From positions 1,023,907 through 1,087,906 of the forward strand of contig OY970230.1 in NCBI GenBank assembly GCA_963714095.1: DNA of 64,000 nucleotides. Direction: 5' to 3'. The notes under the pieces were generated by a model, which worked only from the letters and a program-made list of their open reading frames with translations, was not told the DNA's origin and did no database searches. Each line of letters opens with the position of its first letter. Within the stretch, counting starts at the first letter, position 1. This document shows positions 59,245 through 64,000 of the stretch, piece after piece. Origin of the DNA: Candidatus Gottesmanbacteria bacterium. Lineage in GTDB: Bacteria; Patescibacteriota; Microgenomatia; UBA10105; UBA927. A program made the position numbers and the translations under genes.

Positions 59245-60039
59245 ATGACTAAAATAATTGTTGTGATGCCGGCATATAATGCACAGCGGACATTAAAGCG
59301 GACTGTTGACGATATTCCCAAAGGGCTGGTGAGTGAAATCATTCTCGTTGATGATAAGAGCAGGGATTATACTGTTGATGAAGCAAAAAAATTAGGCTTA
59401 ACGGTCTATAAACACCGTCGGAACCGGGGGTATGGCGGTAACCAAAAAACGTGTTACAAAAAAGCATTGGAACATAATGCCGACATTGTTGTTATGCTCC
59501 ATCCGGATTACCAGTATGACAGCAGTCTGATAGGAGAACTTATTCGGCCGATTGTTCAGAAACGTGCAGATGTGATGTTCGGCAGTAGAGTCAGCAGCCG
59601 GGCGAAAGCTCTTGCAGGGGGAATGCCACGAACCAAATATTTTCTGAACCGTTTGTTTTGTATCCTCGAGAATGGTATTTTAGGCGTTAACTTTTCCGAA
59701 CACTTCAGCGGACTGCGTGCGTATAGCAAATCTGTTTTAAAAACTCTTCCCATAGAAAATTTTTCAGACGATTTCGTATTTGACCAGGAGTTTATGATTT
59801 CCGCCATAGCCTACGGGTATCACATAGGCGAAATATCCATTCCTATACGGTACTTTTCTGAAGCGTCATCGATTCACTTTCTGAAGGGAACAACATTTTT
59901 ATTAGGAACCATTCGGACACTTTCTGCATATCTTTTATATAGAACAAAAATGTACACGTCACCGGTATTTTTGTATCGAACGGATCGGACAAAAAAGGAG
60001 CATAACGCGCGGTTGCGCAATGACCATCATACAAGATAA
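59245..60039 (+). CDS. GT2 polyprenyl-phosphate glycosyltransferase (Dpm1-like)
   Basis: VMPAYN, VDDKSRD, NRGYG, HPDYQY, GSR, FDQE. Confidence 0.92.
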   Translation: MTKIIVVMPAYNAQRTLKRTVDDIPKGLVSEIILVDDKSRDYTVDEAKKLGLTVYKHRRNRGYGGNQKTCYKKALEHNADIVVMLHPDYQYDSSLIGELIRPIVQKRADVMFGSRVSSRAKALAGGMPRTKYFLNRLFCILENGILGVNFSEHFSGLRAYSKSVLKTLPIENFSDDFVFDQEFMISAIAYGYHIGEISIPIRYFSEASSIHFLKGTTFLLGTIRTLSAYLLYRTKMYTSPVFLYRTDRTKKEHNARLRNDHHTR

Positions 60040-60064
60040 CGTGATATGCTAATACTCAAATCCG

Positions 60065-61699
60065 ATGAATACACGGACACGTTTCATTTTCTGGCGTAGC
60101 GCAGCAGTAGCGGTATGTCTGGTTTTTGTGTTTTTCCCGTGGCTCTATCTTCTTGCCGCCATCAATTCACACCTGCTTCTGTTCCGCAGTGCGGTATTTA
60201 ATTATCTTCTTATTATCATCTCTGCAATCGCTGCTGGTTTGTGCGCCAGCCGTATCCGGCATACGCTGACCCCGCACACCAAAAAGCTGATTCCTATCAT
60301 CCTTGGGGCAGCGGTTATTCTGTACGGATGTGCAATGTTCATCATTACGATGTACTGCTATACGCACTATATTTTTGAATCCGTTGATCTATCCCAGTAT
60401 CATTTATCCCTCTGGCAGCTTTCCCAGTTTAAGCTGCCGTATATCTGGGACATGCCCACAACACCTATCTGGCAGCAGCATTTTGAGCCGATTTTGTTTT
60501 TTATCGTCCCGATCTATTGGGTTATAAAAGACGCCGGGGTGCTGGTGGCAGTGCAGGCACTTGCGGTTTTAAGCGGTGCGTTGCCCCTGTATATGACTGC
60601 CCATTATCTGTGGAAGTCCAAGTACGCAGCCCTCGCGATCTCGTATGCGTATCTTGCGTTCGGCGGACTGCAGGTAGGGTTTGCCTACGGATTTCATCCC
60701 ATTATGTTTTTTCCGCCTCTCTTTTTTTGGCTGTATTACTGGTATTGCCGTCGAAATACATACCTGTATTTTCTGTTTGTCGTTTTGTGTCTCTTTGTGA
60801 AGGAAGAAATATCATTCATCATGATTTTTTGGGGAATGTATGTACTGCTGTTTAAAAAAGAAAAATTTTTAGGAGCAGTGACGGTTGCCATGGGATTTCT
60901 GTGGTACATCCTCTGTTTTCACATAATCTTCCCCTACTTCAGTCCCAAAGCAGGATTTGTGTATTGGGGCCAATATAATCAGGAGTACGGGACGGGCCTT
61001 GCGGGCATCCTCAAATTTGCCTTCCTTAACCCGCGGCAGTTTGTTACTACCCTTGTCACACCGTCGTATAAAATCGAGACATTCCTCTGTATTTTTGGCG
61101 CATTCGCTTTTCTCCCCTTCGTGTACCCTCCGAGTCTTCTTATAGTTCTGCCGTCGATTCTGGAAAAACTTCTGAGTTCCGGAATTGTGGCGTTAAACGG
61201 TACCCATTATTCGGCGGCGGTTTGGGGAGCAACCGTCATCGCATCACTTGAAGCGCTGCATTTCGTACGCGGTAAATCACGGGGCACGCTGCTCGGTAAC
61301 ACTGCTTTTTTGGGCACGTTTCTTTTCTACGTGGCGTTATTTTCCAATGTCCTCTATGGGTGCTCGACGTTTGCATTTTTTCCTCAGGGGAACATTATTC
61401 CCCCGCCGCAGGAAAATATACAATTGTTAAACGATGTTATCCGGCTCATTCCGGCCAATGCAACGGTCGGCGCGCAGTACCTCATTGCACCGCACATCCA
61501 TAAACCATTCGGACAGTTGACCCCGTGGCCGAACTATCTCAATGAACCGGATATTGTTATGTGGGACACGAAGCTGCCGCCCGTATTAGTGGAATGGACA
61601 ACTGTCACAAAAAATCTTCTGGCGCTGTCAAAAAATCCTGCGTATCAGTTAGTGGTTAACACGGACGGGATCATCGTTTTTGAAAAAATCCACCGCTGA
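60065..61699 (+). CDS. DUF2079-like GT-C membrane protein
   Basis: DLSQY, HFEPIL, FHP, KEE, HYSA; multi-TM. Confidence 0.8.
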   Translation: MNTRTRFIFWRSAAVAVCLVFVFFPWLYLLAAINSHLLLFRSAVFNYLLIIISAIAAGLCASRIRHTLTPHTKKLIPIILGAAVILYGCAMFIITMYCYTHYIFESVDLSQYHLSLWQLSQFKLPYIWDMPTTPIWQQHFEPILFFIVPIYWVIKDAGVLVAVQALAVLSGALPLYMTAHYLWKSKYAALAISYAYLAFGGLQVGFAYGFHPIMFFPPLFFWLYYWYCRRNTYLYFLFVVLCLFVKEEISFIMIFWGMYVLLFKKEKFLGAVTVAMGFLWYILCFHIIFPYFSPKAGFVYWGQYNQEYGTGLAGILKFAFLNPRQFVTTLVTPSYKIETFLCIFGAFAFLPFVYPPSLLIVLPSILEKLLSSGIVALNGTHYSAAVWGATVIASLEALHFVRGKSRGTLLGNTAFLGTFLFYVALFSNVLYGCSTFAFFPQGNIIPPPQENIQLLNDVIRLIPANATVGAQYLIAPHIHKPFGQLTPWPNYLNEPDIVMWDTKLPPVLVEWTTVTKNLLALSKNPAYQLVVNTDGIIVFEKIHR

Positions 61700-61713
61700 A
61701 GTGTCTTTCCGAA

Positions 61714-62097
61714 TTATTGGGTGAACCCGGCGTATACGAAACAGACGCCGATAATGAAAAATACGACCAATGCAGTTGTCCCGAGATTTTTATTTTTTCT
61801 GATCTTGGCAACGACGCCGGTCATGCGGTCCGCACAAAACAGGTTGACCACTCCGAGCACCAGAATCAACCAGCAAAAGAGAGACGTGGCGATATCCAAA
61901 CTTGTCGTCCAGCTGTTGTGAAACAGCAGAAGCACAATACCCAAAAGGACGTTTACGACGCCCTTAAACAAGATGGGCATCGTGTGCTCATACTGCCGGA
62001 GAACAGAGCTGAAGTTTTTCCTGTTAACGAGGAGTGCTGATGTCACGATAATAAGAATGAAACCTAAGAGTTTTGCAAGAACCGCTGAAGATATCAT
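61714..62097 (-). CDS. Small 4-TM membrane protein
   Basis: GGAGG RBS; HNSW motif; four hydrophobic helices. Confidence 0.7.
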   Translation of the reverse strand: MISSAVLAKLLGFILIIVTSALLVNRKNFSSVLRQYEHTMPILFKGVVNVLLGIVLLLFHNSWTTSLDIATSLFCWLILVLGVVNLFCADRMTGVVAKIRKNKNLGTTALVVFFIIGVCFVYAGFTQ

Positions 62098-62213
62098 ATG
62101 TGTTTCCTCCCCTATTTTCAGTGTTTCACAATGTGAGGAAGATGGCAAGTTGCTTGAATCTATGCACGACCCCCATTTTGTGTTATAGGATATTTTTGAT
62201 ATAATAGCCCCCT

Positions 62214-62795
62214 ATGATACGAAGAGAAATAGATGCTGTATCTTCAGCACGAAACATAGACGAGTTCGTACGGTCTATGCCAACTGTTGACACTGATTTA
62301 TTGCGCGCTGGCATGAATATTCAAAATGTTACGCGTCAACTCGGTTTCGGCAATGACTGGAGCAGACTTGCGGGTTTATCTATACTGGATCTGGGTTGTG
62401 GTTCCCGGCTCACCCCACGGTATTTGAATCCGGATGGTTGGCCTCCGTTTTTTTGTTTGCTCGCATCGAATTTAGGCGCGCATGTGACCGGCATAGATCT
62501 TCATGCGGCGGATAAACAGGATGCAAAGGTATATACCCATATACGCGCAGATTTAGTTGCAGCGGTCCACACGGATAGTCTGGAGAATATAGGACTTCCG
62601 ACTGGTTCATTCCATGTTGTTCACGCGGGATTGCTGACAAGTACCGATCCGCCTTCGGGAGATTTTATAGCGGCTCTTGAAAAACATCATCTTTCTGAAC
62701 AACAATTTAAAGATGAATTGCTTGGGTCGTTATCGCGCCTTCTTGTCCCGGGCGGTGTGTGGGTAGAAAACGGTGACTATAAGCAAATGAAGTAA
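62214..62795 (+). CDS. Class I SAM methyltransferase-like protein
   Basis: ILDLGCG, GAHVTGID, LVPGG. Confidence 0.75.
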   Translation: MIRREIDAVSSARNIDEFVRSMPTVDTDLLRAGMNIQNVTRQLGFGNDWSRLAGLSILDLGCGSRLTPRYLNPDGWPPFFCLLASNLGAHVTGIDLHAADKQDAKVYTHIRADLVAAVHTDSLENIGLPTGSFHVVHAGLLTSTDPPSGDFIAALEKHHLSEQQFKDELLGSLSRLLVPGGVWVENGDYKQMK

Positions 62796-62802
62796 GGCGC
62801 GT

Positions 62803-63354
62803 TCAATGCACTCGGCAATTCGGCCAGATACTGCTTGCGCCGATTGAATACACGTAGGCGGCGGTCTGCGCCGCGTCTTCTGCATTCCATCTCAAAGCAC
62901 TGCTCGGGTCTTTTCCCATGAGATTTCGATATATTTGCCAGGTACGCGTATCAAACTGGAATAGGCCTGCGTAGGGGCCGTTTGTCGCGTCTGGGTTAAA
63001 TCCGGATTCACACAATGCCGTGTGCCTCAGAGCATTCGGGTCAACGCCGTATTGGCCGGAATATTTGTCTATAAACCCGTTTATCTGTTGAGAACTTGCG
63101 GTTGGGATCGTTTCCGGGATCGGTGAAGGTGTTGGTGTCGCGGTAGCGGTCGGATATATCGTCGGTGTTGGGGTCGCGGTCGCTTCTGCGGTCGGAGTCG
63201 CCGAAGGCGACGGCATGGGCGTTCGTGTGGGTGTGAGGGCGGGATGATCGACAGACTCTGCCCGAACGTTCGTCCGAGCGCTCACTGCGGCAAAAATCAG
63301 AAGCGTACTCACTCCCATCACCAAGCCTAGAAAAAAGAATACGAAAATTCTCAC
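62803..63354 (-). CDS. Lytic transglycosylase/Rpf-like protein on a PT stalk
   Basis: CESGFNP, GLFQF, WPNC; N-terminal TM and PT repeats. Confidence 0.8.
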   Translation of the reverse strand: MRIFVFFFLGLVMGVSTLLIFAAVSARTNVRAESVDHPALTPTRTPMPSPSATPTAEATATPTPTIYPTATATPTPSPIPETIPTASSQQINGFIDKYSGQYGVDPNALRHTALCESGFNPDATNGPYAGLFQFDTRTWQIYRNLMGKDPSSALRWNAEDAAQTAAYVYSIGASSIWPNCRVH

Positions 63355-63394
63355 GCGGTTAGTATATCAAACCGGACAGCCAATCGGTTGAGGG

Positions 63395-64000
63395 TTATTG
63401 AACAGTGATAGCAAGGGGTCCTGACCAGGAAACAAGAACGCCGTCTTTTTTGGCAACCAACGCCACATAGTACGTTGTTCCCGGCACCAGCGCTCCGATC
63501 GTAAAGGTGTTGCTCAGATTTTCCTGATGCGGCATATTCAATACACCATATTGATAGAGCGCCGGGGATGTACCGTAGACAATGTCATATTGATTTGCTG
63601 AATCGTTATCAAACCAATTTACGTCAATGGTATGGGGAGTTTTTCCGTAGGCAAGAGCAAACAAATAGGGCATTTCAAAATTTTTACTTGCAGAATAATA
63701 TGTTGGGGCATTTGCGGTTGTATTCGTTATGGCTGCCTGTGCAACAACCGGGCCGGATTCAACCATTGCCCCGCCATTCTGAACACCGAATAATTTTATA
63801 AAGTATGTTTGCCCTGTGGAGAGATCCTGTATGGTAAATTGATTTATTTGATCCGGTAGACGGGTAATATGTACGACGCCGTATGCCGATGAATCAGGTG
63901 TCGTTCCATAGAGAATATTATAATAATCCCCGTTTCCGCCCGTGTCTTTCCAGGTGACTTGAATACTTCCGGAGGTTGCCCCTGCTACGGCTGTGAGGTC
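63395..64000 (-). CDS. Tandem fibronectin type III domain protein (5' end outside window)
   Basis: Open frame to window end; two repeats W...Y.I.YGT.P...YG...FTI..L..G.TY. Confidence 0.8.
   Translation of the reverse strand, partial: DLTAVAGATSGSIQVTWKDTGGNGDYYNILYGTTPDSSAYGVVHITRLPDQINQFTIQDLSTGQTYFIKLFGVQNGGAMVESGPVVAQAAITNTTANAPTYYSASKNFEMPYLFALAYGKTPHTIDVNWFDNDSANQYDIVYGTSPALYQYGVLNMPHQENLSNTFTIGALVPGTTYYVALVAKKDGVLVSWSGPLAITVQ

Overview
A ~48% GC core-genome segment. It looks like Patescibacteria/CPR, probably Microgenomates; this is inferred from a monoderm type IV pilus locus without pilQ, a trigger factor without its PPIase domain, a PheT without the B2 domain, and DUF5660/DUF2723/YfhO-type genes. 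Contents: a Xer-type recombinase, a Ddl-like ATP-grasp enzyme, folD, gyrB-hppA-gyrA, a full T4P cluster with two embedded GT-C glycosyltransferases, rpmF-nusB-rnc-rpsP-khpA-trmD, recG, tyrS, a class A PBP, thrS-infC-rpmI-rplT-pheM-pheS-pheT (pheT frameshifted), tig, five tRNA genes, an IS remnant, and several muralytic and methyltransferase genes. The most unusual feature is at ~32.0-36.2 kb (minus strand). A short-stem-I Tyr T-box riboswitch heads a transcript with a 70-nt tRNA-like RNA, two small ORFs, a minihelix-like hairpin, tRNA-Tyr, a possibly CDPS/class-I-aaRS-like 320-aa protein and an amino-acid racemase. These lie in front of tyrS, which appears to have its own promoter. Also notable: a minimal Thr T-box, a pheM-type Phe attenuator, pervasive leaderless-type promoters and tRNAs with UCC T-loops. 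All family calls are by eye from motifs; no searches were run.
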